From Camelus dromedarius (lineage: Eukaryota): 64,000 nucleotides of DNA. The stretch is from contig NC_087437.1 of NCBI RefSeq assembly GCF_036321535.1, forward strand, positions 73,224,001-73,288,000, in the 5' to 3' direction. The position numbers and the translations under genes are program-made. The number at the start of each line of letters is the position of its first letter. Within the stretch, counting starts at the first letter, position 1. Below are positions 1 to 11,992 of this stretch, in pieces. Below the pieces are notes generated by a model that was given only the letters and a program-made list of their open reading frames with translations, made no database searches and was not told the DNA's origin.

Positions 1-450
1 ATAATGGATAAAGCATCCAGACAGAAAATCAATAAGGAAACAGCAGGCTTGACCAGCACCATTACCAATTAGACCTAAAAGTCACACACAAAACATTCTA
101 CCCAAAAATGGCAGAATGCACATTCTTCTCAATAGCACCTGGAACATTCTCCAGGATAGATTCCATACTAAGTCACAAAACTAGTCAACAAATTTAAGGA
201 GACTGAAATAATTTCAAGTATATTTTCTAACCACAATGTTATAGAATTAGAAATAAAAAAACAAAAGGAAAACTCAAAGAACATGAAAATTAAACAACAC
301 ATTCTTGAGCAATCATTGGGTCAGAGAAGAATCTAAAGGAAATTGGAAAGTATCTTGAAACAAACAAAAACAAAAATACAATACATCAAATTTACACGAC
401 ACAGCAAAAGCAGTACTAAGAGAGAAGTTCGTAGCAATAAATGCCTACAT
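1..450 (+). mobile_element. LINE-1 ORF2 remnant (end of endonuclease region), truncated by window start
   Basis: Decayed L1 ORF2 motifs in translation (SRQKINKET; TFFSIAPGTFSRID), with stops and frameshifts. Confidence 0.9.
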
Positions 451-743
451 AGAGGACAAGTGCTACATGATACCACTTATGTGAGCTCTCTAAAACAGTC
501 AAACTCTAAAACTATCCAAACAGAGAATTGGATAGTGGTTGCCAGGGGCTGGGGGGAGGTGGAAATGGAGAGATATTAGTCAAAGGGTATGAAGTTTCAG
601 TTATGCAGGATATGTCCTGGAGACCTACTGTACAGCATAGTGCCTACAGCTTACAATACTATACACTTAAAATTTTGCTAAAAGGGTAGATAATGTTAAG
701 TGTTTTATCACACATCATCATCATCACCATCACTGTAACAATA

Positions 744-3146
744 CAAGCATATCTTGGAGATACTGCAGGTTTGATTTCAGATTACCACAATAAAAGCAAA
801 TATTGAAATAAAGCAAGTCACACAAATCTTTTGGTTTCCCAGTGCATTCCAAACTTACGTCTACTCTATAGTGTAGTCTATTACGTGTGCAATAGCATTA
901 CATCTAAAAAACAATAAACATACCTTAATTTAAAATACTTTATTGCTAAAAATATTAACATCTGAGCTTTCAGCAAGTCATAATCTTCTTGCTGATGGAG
1001 GGTCTTGCCTCGATGTTGATGGCTGCTGACTAAGCAGAGCGCTGGTTGCCAAAGGCTGGGGGTGCTGTGGCAATTTCTTAAAATAAGACAACAACGAAGT
1101 CTGCTGTATCGATTGACTCTTCCTTTCATGAATGATTTCTCTGTAGCATGCATTGTTGTTAGCATTTTACCCACAGTAGAACTTCTTTTAAAACTGGAAT
1201 CAATCCTCTCAAACCCTGCTGGTGCCTTATCAACTAAGTCTATGTCATACTCTAAATCCTTTGTTGTCATTTCAACAATCTTCACAGCATCTTCACCAGG
1301 AGTAGATTCTATCTCAAGAAACCACTTTCTTCATTCGTCCAGAAAAAGCAACTCCTCATCCATTCAAGTTTCATCATGAGACTGCAGCAATTCAGTCACA
1401 TCTTCAGGTTGTACTTCTAACCCTAGTTCTCTTGCTATTTCTACCATGTCTGCAATTACTTCCTCCATGGAAGTCCTGAATCCCTCAAAATCAACCATGA
1501 GGGTTGGAATCAACTTCTGCCAAACTCCTATTAATATTGATATTTTGACCTCTTCCCATGAGTTGTTAATGTTCTTAATGGCATCTAGGCTGGTGAATCC
1601 TTTCCAGAAGGTTTTCAATTTACTTTGTCCAGATTTATCAGAGGAATCACTATCCACAGAGACTACAGCCTTATCAAATGTGTTTCTTAAATAGTAAGGC
1701 TTGAAAGTCTAAATGACTTCTTGATCCGTGGGCTGCAGAATGAATGCTGTGTTAGCAGTCATGAAAACAACATGTATCTCATCGTACATCTCCATCAGAG
1801 CTCTTGGGTGACCAGGTGCACTGCCAATGAGCAGTAATATTTTAAAAGACATCTTTTTTTCTGAGTAGTTCTCAACCATGAGCTTAAACTATTCAGTAAA
1901 CCATGTTGTAAACAGATGTGCTGTCATCTAGGTTTTGTTGTTCCTTTTATAGAGCACAGGCAAAGTTGATTTAGCATAACCCTTAAGGACCCTAGGATTT
2001 TCAAAATGATAAATGAGTACTGACTTCAACTTAAAGTTCACCAGCTGCATTAGACCCTAACAAGAGAGTCAGCCTGTCCTTTGAAGTTTTGGAGCCAGGC
2101 AGTGACTTCTCCTCCCTAGCTATGAAAGTCCTAGATGGCATCTTCTTCCAATAGAAGGCTGTTTGTCTACATTGAAAATCTGTTGTTTAGTGGAGCCACC
2201 TTCATGGATGATCTTAGCTAGATCTTCTGGGTAACCTACTGCAGCTTCTGCATCAGCACTTGCTGCTTCACTGTGCACTTTGATGTTATGAAGACAGCTT
2301 CTTTCTTTAAACTTCATGAACCAACCAACCTTTGCTAGCTGTCAACTTTTCTTTTGTGGCTTCTTCACTTCTCATCTTTCATAGAACTGAAGGGGTTAGG
2401 GTCTTGCTCTGGATTCGGTTTGGGCTTAAGGGAATGTTGTGGCTAGTTTGATCTTCCTTCCAGACCACTAAAACTTTCTCCATATGAGCAGTAAGGCTGT
2501 TTTGTTTTCTTACCATTTGTGCATTCACTGAAGTAGCACTTTTTATTTCCTTCTAGAACTTTTCATTTGCATTTACTACATGGCTAACTGTTTGGCACAA
2601 GAGGCCTGGCTTTTGGCCTATCTCAGCTTTCAACATGCCTTTCTCACTAAGCTTAATCATTTCTTGCCTTTGATTTTAGGTGGAAGATGCAGAATTCTTC
2701 CTTTCACTAACACTTAGGGGCCATTATAGGATTATTAACTGGCCTAATTTCAATATTGTTGTGTCTCAGGGAATGGGGAGACCCAAGAAGAGGGAGAGAG
2801 ATGGGGAAATGGCTGGTCAGCCGAGTAGTTAGAACACACACAGCATTTATTGATTAAGGTCACTGTCTTACATGGGCACAGTTTTGTGGTGTCCCCCCAA
2901 AATTACAAGAATAACATCAAAGATCACTGATCACAGATCACTGTGACAAATAATAATAATGAAAAATGTGAAATATTGCAGCAATTACCAAAACATGACA
3001 TGGAGATATGAAGTAAGCAAATGCTGTTGGAAAAATGGTGCTGATACACTTGCACGAAGCGGGGTAGCCACAAAACTTCAATTTGTACAAAATACAGTAT
3101 CTTCGAAGTACAATAAAGTGAAGTGCAATAAAATGAGGTGCGCCTG
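744..3146 (-). mobile_element. Tigger1 DNA transposon (TcMar-Tigger/pogo), near full length (~2.4 kb), decayed
   Basis: Termini CAAGCATATCTTGG at 744 and GAGGTGCGCCTG ending at 3146 resemble the Tigger1 TIR CAGGCATACCTC; TA at 742-743; minus-strand ORF pieces match Tigger1 transposase. Confidence 0.95.
955..2724 (-). pseudogene. Disrupted Tigger1 (TIGD1-like) transposase
   Basis: Start MAPKC at 2724 is followed at once by a stop; fragments [24 protein letters not shown] (2120-2317), [18 protein letters not shown] (1364-1657) and [12 protein letters not shown] (881-1285) are separate ORFs. Confidence 0.9.
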
Positions 3147-4229
3147 CAATAATGAATTTAAAAGGTGGGGGAATCTTTTGAGGTGATAGATACGATTATG
3201 GCATAGACTGTGGTGATGTTTTCACGGGTGTATACCTATGTCCAAATTCATCAGGTTGTATACATCATGCACAGTCTTTTACATGTCAACAATATCTCAG
3301 TAAAGCGGGTTTTTTTGAAAAGTCAGAGAAGTATGAAAGACAAAGGTCTTCTAATTTCCACTTACATAAAATTCTGTGTTACTTTGAAATACAATTTTTC
3401 AAGGATTAGGATTTAACAAAATAATACTAGAAAGTAAGAACGATTACTGTTTTCTTGCTTTTGGCCTCTAAGTTATTAATATGGCTCTGCTTTTCCCATT
3501 ATCCACAAATAATCTGGAGTACCTTGGGGCTTGGAGAATTTTAGCCGAATGAGATAGTTAAGGCTTATGTGGAAAAATGTATTGGAACTATCTGCCCATT
3601 TTAAAAAAGTGTTGTGAGACAGCTTCAGCTTCTGAATCCTACTTGCATTTCTAGGTACTGATATGGAGAGGCAGGAAGGGGAGCATGAAGACAGAAATAG
3701 GGCTGAGGATGGGAAATGCCCACCAGCGCCCAGCCCCTACCCCGCTGCTTATGTACAGATGGCAGGCACCAAGCGGTCCCCGCCTTGCGGTCCCTAGGCC
3801 ATCCCCATACCAAGAGACAGAAAGACTAAGGGTCTGCCTGCACCAGAGCCTAGAGGTCACACTGCTCTGACTCTTCATCAAAGCTGGTCTAGCCTGCCCC
3901 CCTGCAGATGCTCAAGGCTCAGAGCACACAGGGAGAACTGGGCCTTTTAGCTGTACTGCTTAGACCCAGGGACCTTCCTGTGTGAGCAAAGCTCAGAAGC
4001 GATCTGGTATGTTTAAGGTGGAGAAGATCCATATACTGTAAGAATGTTTATATTAGTGGACTTGTCTCCAGATTTCTTTCAAAAAAATTCAATTCTCAGT
4101 TGCACCCTAATTCAAGAAATAAATATGAATAGAACAAGACTCATTCTAAATGTCACATCCTCTAGCTCTCTCAGTCAGGATTAGATGTCCCTCATCTGTG
4201 AACCTGTTGTATTATTATTACAACAATAG

Positions 4230-4440
4230 TCACCTTTCATCACGTTAGACACAATTGCAGGCTATGAGTTTTACATGCACTTAATGCTCACAAAGCCCTA
4301 GGCAGTAAAAATTATTATTTCTCCGTTTTTCAGATACAAAAGCTCAGGCTTTTGTATCCATGTGACCAAAATTGCTCAGCTGGTAAGTTGCAGAACCAAA
4401 ACACAAACACGGAATGCTTAATTCTGGAGTTTCAACATTA
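4230..4440 (-). mobile_element. MIR SINE remnant
   Basis: MIR core text: ttaatgctcacaaagccctaggcag...attattatttctccgtttttcagat. Confidence 0.7.
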
Positions 4441-4469
4441 CAAAATACTGCCTTTATATGTTTTCTTAA

Positions 4470-4850
4470 AATATCCTACTTTGCTCATTATAAAAGTCAG
4501 ATGTGACCATTGTAGGGAATTATACAAATCAAGAAAATATTAAAATCTAAGTGTTAATTTTCTATAATCATCACTACCACCTATGTTAAACTTCAATTAA
4601 TATTTAGATTTTTTGTGGTGTTTTTAAAACTTTTATAAAATTGTCCCACTTATTATATCAGGTGCACTTTTCTCACATCACTCAATTCTTCATGAGCATA
4701 GTTTTAACTGGCAATAATAGCTGTTCATAATTTACAGAAACATTCTCTTTCCACTAGACACTGGGGTTTCTCCTCTGCTGTTATAAATCATGCCTGGGTG
4801 AGCATCTTACACATTTTTGTTCCCATTTTTGATTTTTTCCTTAGGACTCA
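4470..4850 (-). mobile_element. Old L1ME-type 3' fragment
   Basis: T-rich decayed L1ME text (ctgctgttataaatcatgcctgggtgagcatcttacacat). Confidence 0.5.
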
Positions 4851-5765
4851 TATCAAGTTCCCCTTACAACTCTTGTCTGGGAACCACCTGGCCCACCCAC
4901 AGATGTCTTCTATATTTATATATAAGCTGTGGAATCTTGCCCTTCTGACCATAACTAATTGGTACAATGCTGTATACCAGACCCAAATTAACCCATTTAT
5001 TTTTTTTATTTTTATTTTTTTCAAATTAACCCATTTATTTTTGGAATTTGGAAATGATTTGAACCTGAAAGACACAGAAGCTTTGGTGTTATTCCCAGCC
5101 AGGTCACGTGATCGGCACATTCTGGAGGGAAGGACCATAGTCTCCTGGTGATGAGATCCCCAAAGCTGCTCTGGCTCCTGCTCTTCCCAAAGACGGGCTT
5201 TTCAACCATTTCTTGTGTCCCTAGATTCATCGAAATTTCCGAAAATACCTTTGCTTGACATATCTATCTATGGTTGGTTTAAGTAACTTTAAAATAAAAG
5301 AAACTTAATTAGTGAAAAATACACAGCAATATTTCTTGAAGAGGTATCACTTGATTGAGTTCAATTTAAGGCCATTCATGCATACAGCTCCACTGTATCC
5401 AAGAAAATTCTGGAATTTGTATTCCTATTAGTAAATACATGGGAGGATACCCATGTTTTATATTTAATGTTTTTGCCAAATGTGAAGGCAGAGCATGCCA
5501 TCTCATTATTTGAATTTACTTAATTACCAATAATGCTTAACTTTTTTATACACTTATTGTTTACCAAAATCTGTATCTATTTTTGTCCACTTATCTATTT
5601 TGGTCTAAAGGTTTTATTTTTTGTTGCTACAAGACCGTTCTATGTTGAGAATGTTAACCTTAATTAGAGTATTTTTCACATTTTGCTCTAATGATATAAT
5701 TATGTATTTCCCACCACTGCTTTTCATATACCCTAATTCTGCCAATTGAACTTCACACATTCCCT

Positions 5766-6125
5766 GTATTAGTCAGGATGAGCTACATTCTATGCTATGA
5801 TAACAAATAGCCCGATATTGCAGCTATTCATTGAATAGTTTTGTTCAGGTTTGTCAGAAGTCAGAAGATTTTGCTAATTTTAAACACTCAGTGACCCAGG
5901 TTGATGGGATTTCCATCTTGGTGCATGCCTCCATGAGCACTGTGGGGAGAAATCTGTGGTTTGTGTAATCTTTCTGCCTGGAAGTAATGCACATACATTC
6001 TGTTCATATTTCATTGACTGAAGCAAGCTATGTGGCCATGACAAACTTCGAATGCGCAGGGACGTACAGTCCTACCATGTGCCTCGCAGGAGGTGAGAAC
6101 CAGAACATATGTGAAGAGCCTGAAT
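5766..6125 (-). mobile_element. MLT1 (K/L-like) solo MaLR LTR
   Basis: tgtattagtcaggatgagcta...ataacaaa start; ctgttcatatttcattgactgaagcaagctatgtggcc motif. Confidence 0.75.
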
Positions 6126-6169
6126 GCCTGTCCCCGCGGACATTCTTGCCATTTCTCACTGCTCCATCT

Positions 6170-6500
6170 CCTTCTGCTTCTCCACACGTTCAAATTCCAC
6201 CAGCCCTTCAAAGGCCATCTCAAAGACCACGTCACCCCTGAAGCCTTTTCTCATCTCCTCCAGATGGGACTGATCTCACCCTCCTCTGAATCACCTTAAA
6301 ATCTTAACATAGGATATTAATCTCTTTCTATCTTGAATTACAGGCATATATATACAATCCCCCCCCCCCCCCACTGGATTCTGAGTTTCTCACAGGAAAG
6401 CTCTGTATCTAATTAGTGTTCATATACTTCCGTATACTCCTCAGGGCTTATTAGTCCAGTGCCTGGTATAGGAGGCTCACAATAAATGTTTGAATGAAAA
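6170..6500 (+). mobile_element. L2 3' end
   Basis: Ends cagtgcctggtataggaggctcacaataaatgtttgaatgaa, the typical L2 terminus. Confidence 0.75.
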
Positions 6501-6998
6501 AAATGTATGGTTCATAGCTTACAGACTTTCAGTTTTACATAATTCTAAGACCTACTTTCCTTGTAACTCATTAATCGTGTTAACAGGAATTACATTTTTA
6601 AACAAGCTAAACTTAAAACTGGCATGCTCCTTGACTTCCCTGAAGTCCCTCGATTCAGTGACTCAGTGAGAAACCAGGGACGGTGCTGGATGAACCTGCA
6701 GAGCTCTTTGTCTTCGGGAACACGGGCAGATGGACGACCTCTAGAACTTTACAGAAGGGCTCTTTCATCAGTAAGTGGATCACCAGTGTGGTCTGGTAGC
6801 GACGTGACAGCTAGTCTCACCTTTAAATAACTGCTAGTCTTTGTTGCTATTCTTGCTTTTAAATAAAAATCATTGATAGCCTATCTTCATCTCTTCCCAT
6901 TTATTTTAATATTTGTTTACGTAACCTTGTGTAGGTCTTATAATTTTATTTAATCCCTTATGTAGTATTTTTTAACTCTATATTTGGATTAGAATTTA

Positions 6999-7170
6999 CT
7001 ATATATATATATACACACACACACACACATATATATGTATACATGTATATAGTGTATATATATAGTGTACATACAACATGTATATTTACATATACATATA
7101 CACATGTGGGTATGTAGGTATACACACAGACACACCTACACAGCACGCCCACACAGAAACACACATAGAT
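6999..7170. repeat. (TA)n/(CA)n compound low-complexity tract
   Basis: Directly visible. Confidence 0.9.
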
Positions 7171-7235
7171 ATGAGGTCTTTGCACTTAATGTTCCCCCAG
7201 ATCTTCCTATGGCAGCAGACTGTCATCATTTACTC

Positions 7236-7243
7236 TGACGTCA
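7236..7243. promoter_or_regulatory. Perfect palindromic CRE motif TGACGTCA
   Basis: Motif seen; function unknown. Confidence 0.3.
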
Positions 7244-7289
7244 GCTCCTCAGCTTTCTGTCCTGAGCACCTTGGCCAGAGTAGCTTCTG

Positions 7290-7850
7290 ACCACATCCCA
7301 ACCCCTCTACCTCCCATTTATTCATTGTTCTTTTTAGCTCTTATTATCATCTCAAGCTTTTTTTATATATGTACCTGTTTTGTTTTATTTTTGTTGTTAT
7401 TCTTACCACACTTATGGCCAATCTCTTCCCACTAAAATGCACTGTCTTAAGGACAGGGGTTTTGTTTTTTAACTACTATACTGACAACAAGCAAACATTG
7501 CCTGGTACAGAGCATGCAGTAAAATAAATATTTTCTTTCAGATCAATGAATGAATGAATAAAACATTCTTCCTGGGATGACTAGGTGGATTGTGCTGTCA
7601 TTCACTTGTAAAGAAAATGCAAAGGCAGAAGTAATTTCGGAGGACTGGTGAGTCATCTTTGAACATGTTGAGTTTGAGGTTCCTGTGTGATATTCAGACG
7701 AACGTGTCAAATAGGAATCTGGTTACACAGGTCTGAAATGGGGATCGGGGATATGGATGTGGAGGTCCTTTGCTCACAGGTGATTGCTGAAATCCCGGGA
7801 ACGGCTGAGATTTCTGGGCAGGTGTAGTAGTACAGAACAGAAAAGGATGG
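7290..7850. mobile_element. Two L2 fragments: plus-strand 3' end (~7290-7560) and minus-strand body (~7570-7850)
   Basis: gcctggtacagag...aatgaatgaatgaa tail; ttgaacatgttgagtttgaggttcctgtg L2 motif. Confidence 0.7.
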
Positions 7851-8719
7851 ACTTCAGCCTCCCAGATCTTCCCCTCTCTCTTCCCCTCCCAACAGCTTTA
7901 ATAGGCAGGAGTCCCAGAAACTTTCTACTCTTGACAGTGCCAATGACCTTGCCTCTTTAATCTCACTGGCCTTCCTATCAACAAAGACAGCTCAGGAGAG
8001 CTGGCCCTGCATAGTCTATTTATCCCAGTCTGTTAGACTCATGTTCCTCCCTGATGTTACAGATGTAGGAGAATCAATACATCCCCCGGGGCCTTACAGA
8101 AGCAGACAGCAGACCCCACTTGCTTACCCAAACACTTGCTCCCAGCCCTTCTGGCAAAATTCCCAGGAAGAAGAGACAGGGATGTGTGAAGAGTGATGCA
8201 CAGCAGAAGCCAGCTGTCTCTAATGATTATTTGTATTCATACAGAGATCTGTTCAACAAAGGAATTCAAGCTCAGAAGGAACTCCTCCTTGGTAATATAC
8301 ACCACAGTCCCGCAAAGTGTTTTTATAATTTACTATACCTCTGCCCTGGGGCTGTTCAAAGCACAACCTGTAATTCAGAGTTTCTAAGAATAAATAGAAG
8401 TTGAATCCTATTCTATAGCTAAGGATACTGAGTCATAGCAACCTGCCTGGTCACTCCTGGAGATCAATTCTGGCACCATACACCACGCTCCTGCTTCCTA
8501 ATTGTCATCCCAGAACTCTTCCTATGCTCTAACTGTAGTTTCCTAAAAAACCTAATCTTTCTTCTGAAGGTTTTGTCAGCCTCAGCTCATGAATCAATAT
8601 AAGATCACTCAAAGATTATCCAGTAACTGGAGACCGACCAAGTGAAGGCTGATTTTGTCTAAAACTAGTCTTGGGCTATGCCGTCTAAAAGCTTCTCTGC
8701 AATTTTTCTACCTATCCAT

Positions 8720-9660
8720 TGAACACCAAATGCCTAGGTTGGCCATCAGAGGTCATCGATCCACATGTTGCTTAAATTCCCTTCTACAATTTGCTCTCGG
8801 AGTGTTCATCCATTTCTGCTTGGACACCCTGATGATGCAAAATTCACTCTCTCCCAGGCTAGTACATTAATTTTTAGGTAAGTCATTAGGCAATTCCACG
8901 TGCTGGGCTGAAATCTGCCACACTGCATCACTTCCTTATTAGCTTTAGTCCTGTTCCTCTGGAGCTACCCGGAATAAGTCTGAAATGCCCTTCCACAGAA
9001 GAGTGCTGTGGATTTGATGAGAGAATTACCCACCCTCGAGCCTTCTCCTAATCCAGCATAAATCCCCTCGATCCCTCCAGCCTGTCCACATGCACCCCCA
9101 GTTTGCCAGCTTCTGCTGTTCAGCCCAGGGCCCTCAACAGCCCGCTCTTCCTCCAGTGCGCTCTGCCCGGCACGGAATAGAGGCTCTGTGAGTGCTGTCC
9201 AGAACCTCATTACCCTTTTTGGCAGGCATATCACACTATCGGTTCAAACTGAGCTTACAGCCAACTGTAACAGGATGTAAAAGTGTTTAACATCCTGCTG
9301 TTAAACGATGCCTCCTTTACACTGTTCCTAGGCTGCTAATATCCTGATTCCAAGGGTAGCACTTTGCATGGGCCTCTGCTAAATATCATCTCACTGAATC
9401 TGCTTCATATTTTCAGTATGCCACTCAACGTTCTCACACAAGACATTACTAAAAATTACAAACAGGACAGAGCCAAGAATAAATCCCTGTGGCCAGGGGG
9501 AGAGATCAACAGTGACCCATTAATTAATCCTTTTGGTCTCATTTAACCAGTTACTAAGTCACCCACCTATACTCTTGCTGGCCCACAGCACTCCATCTTA
9601 CCCCACAGGTAACACAGAAGACCTTGTCAGACACCTGCCTGAAACCCAGACCCACCCCAC
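8720..9660 (-). mobile_element. L3/CR1 LINE remnant (3' end into RT region)
   Basis: Colinear CR1 motifs: tctgcttggacacc, gctgaaatctgcc, cctctggagctac..aataagtct, aacaggacagagccaag, gaccttgtcagacacctgcctgaaacccaga. Confidence 0.75.
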
Positions 9661-10459
9661 TCACAGCCATCCTGAGACAGTTGGATGAGTAACTTTATTG
9701 ACTTAGCTTCTGTTTAACAGCTTAAAACCCACATTAACTACACACTCTCTAAATACCAAAATGACCCTCAATGACTTGGCCTTTGGGATGAGATCCAGGC
9801 AGCCGTGAATGTGGTCCCTGTTTGTAAACACACACCTGGGTACTACCTCAGTTTCTATCAGGGCCCAGTCTGTACCACTCTGCCTCTGGGTCCTGGCTGC
9901 ATTTCATCTTCAAGGCAGCATCAGAAACCTGAAAGCTACTAGACATTTTCTCAATTCTCTTGGAAACATCACTTACTCGGTGGAAGAAAAGACAGCCTGG
10001 GGTTTTAACACTTTTCCCAGGATAAGAGGATGAACTATCAAATAGCTGTAGCTGCTGTTCTGAGGGCAATCTCACCACCTCGCATCACAGGAATTGCCCT
10101 TGATTGCCTCCCCGGGCCCCCCCTCCCCCCCAAGCACTAGCAAAGCCGCAACATCCCTTACTATTACTCCACAGGTCATCAGAAAAATTCCCTATTACCT
10201 CTGATATAAACTGATTATTTATATACCTTTAAAATTTCTTGGTGAAAGATGTCAAAACGCTCACATATTTGCCTCCACAAAACGCCCAAGACGAGCCTAG
10301 AATTCTTTCTTCAAAACCATCACCTTTAAACATGTGCTAAAATATCACTCAGGCAGTGATTCCCCAAAGGATAGTCCATTGTTCCAGATCCAAGTAGGAC
10401 TTCCTGGAGGCAGGGAGGTCACCACAAGCCTTCACAACCATAACAGAGTAGCAAGGGAT

Positions 10460-10600
10460 CCCAGACATCCCAGGTTCCCCCCTCTTCTTTTACAGATGAG
10501 AAAATTCCCAGAGATACCGCGTGAGCTGCCTAAGGTCACAGAGCTAGCTAAACACAGAGCCAGAATAAGAGTTCAGGTCTTTTTCAGGGTCCAGGTTCTT
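10460..10600 (-). mobile_element. MIR/MIR3 remnant
   Basis: ttttacagatgagaaaatt...ctgcctaaggtcacagagctag core. Confidence 0.7.
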
Positions 10601-11376
10601 CCTGCTGCTACAACATGGAGAGAGAAGGGATGGAACAAGAGAAAGAGGCAGCGGTGTCTTCTGACCACACAAGAAATCTCCAGAACCACTGTTGCACGTA
10701 CATCATTTCCATGCCTGAGAAATGAAGGATGGAGGGGTACCCACCTCTGATGCTCAAATTCTGCAGGGTCAGAGCCCAACCTCTTCCTCTCCTAGAACTG
10801 AAGGTAATGGCCACATGCATCCCTGCCCCACCCTTCCTGGCTGGGCGATGACTAAGCATTAATGTTTCATCAACTCAGGCTGGGCCCGCGGGTCGCACTG
10901 GACGAGGCGGGAGCAGGTTTCTGGCAGACACAGCCATTTCCCTCTTTCTTGCCCGGCATGTGCCACTAGCAAAGCTCCCCAAGGTTGGAGCTTTCCCCCA
11001 CTGCGTTAGTTGCTTACACGTACTTTTTACTCTCACATGAAGAAAAGAGAACCCCAAGCCTCAGAAGTCTGTTTCGTTTTTCGAACACAGGCCAGCGCCA
11101 CAAAGAGCCTTTTATGATTTTTTAGAAAATTGTCAAGTTGCCTTTAATTATTTAGCTACCAGAGAACTCACAGGCTTAGGCAGTAGATAAGAAGAGAACA
11201 AGGAACCATTCAGTAATTCAGCCAAATGAAAGATGGGAGAGGGTCCTTCCGCCTGGCTCCAGGTGCAAAACCCAGAGCTCCCAGAGCACGCCGATCCTAA
11301 GTCCCAGGTTACACAGTCAGGGCAAAGATACTGACTCAGAATCTGGACAGACAAGGACAACGTGGTCTTCTCTGAA

Positions 11377-11520
11377 CAGTGATCCCCAAACCAGACAAAC
11401 ATCAGGGTCATCCTGGGCGTTTTTAAATCAAGTTCAATCTCCAGAAGTAGATCTCAGCATGTGTATTTTAGCAAAGTACATGACTTGATCCGTAGTGTAG
11501 TCAGCTTAAACTCTTCTTCT
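11377..11520. mobile_element. MER5-like hAT-Charlie MITE remnant
   Basis: cagtgatccccaaac...catcagggtcatcctggg...tttttaaa start typical of MER5. Confidence 0.45.
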
Positions 11521-11992
11521 AGAGATGATGGGCTAGGATCTTACTGATTTTACTTTATTTGGGATCTTACATCTCCTACTATATAAGTATCTGTAATAAC
11601 AAGGAGATAATGATGACTTCTACGTAAAACACTCTGACATGGAGAAGACAGGGAGGGATTTGTATGGACAGATGGTGTCTTTTAGAAGGAACTCCTGTCA
11701 AAGAGTCAGTTCTCCTATAGGAACGCCAAACCAATCATAAATATTTCTGTAGAATAAGACTTGAACAATTGTTGAAAGCTGAAAATACGACAGTATACCT
11801 TGCATTTAGTGCCCCTCCAGTATTCAAGGGTTTTACTCCATATAAAATCTAGGGGAAAATTAATTTGCTATCTCAAGGGCACACTGACATGTATCCATCA
11901 GGAGGGGGACACTCCCTGCACCAGGCTGTCCTCGCCTCCTACATTCTCAGATGCTACGCTGAGAGTGTCTCAGCAACTCAGGGCAGAGGCAG

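Larger units (their letters stand above)
451..3320 (+). mobile_element. L1 3' UTR (L1MA10/L1MB-like), split by Tigger1 into ~451-741 and ~3149-3320
   Basis: Typical L1M 3' UTR text (gtggttgccaggggctgggg...gtttcagttatgcagga) resumes after 3148 (gaggtgatagata...ctcagtaaagc). Confidence 0.8.

Noticed and set aside
881..2317. ORFs resembling TIGD1 as a functional gene
   Set aside because: Fragmented by stops and frameshifts and enclosed by Tigger1 termini; a dead transposon
9271..9297. Short hairpin caggatgtaaaa/tttaacatcctg (also 10971-10994)
   Set aside because: Stems of 8-12 bp are expected by chance and are too short for a miRNA precursor
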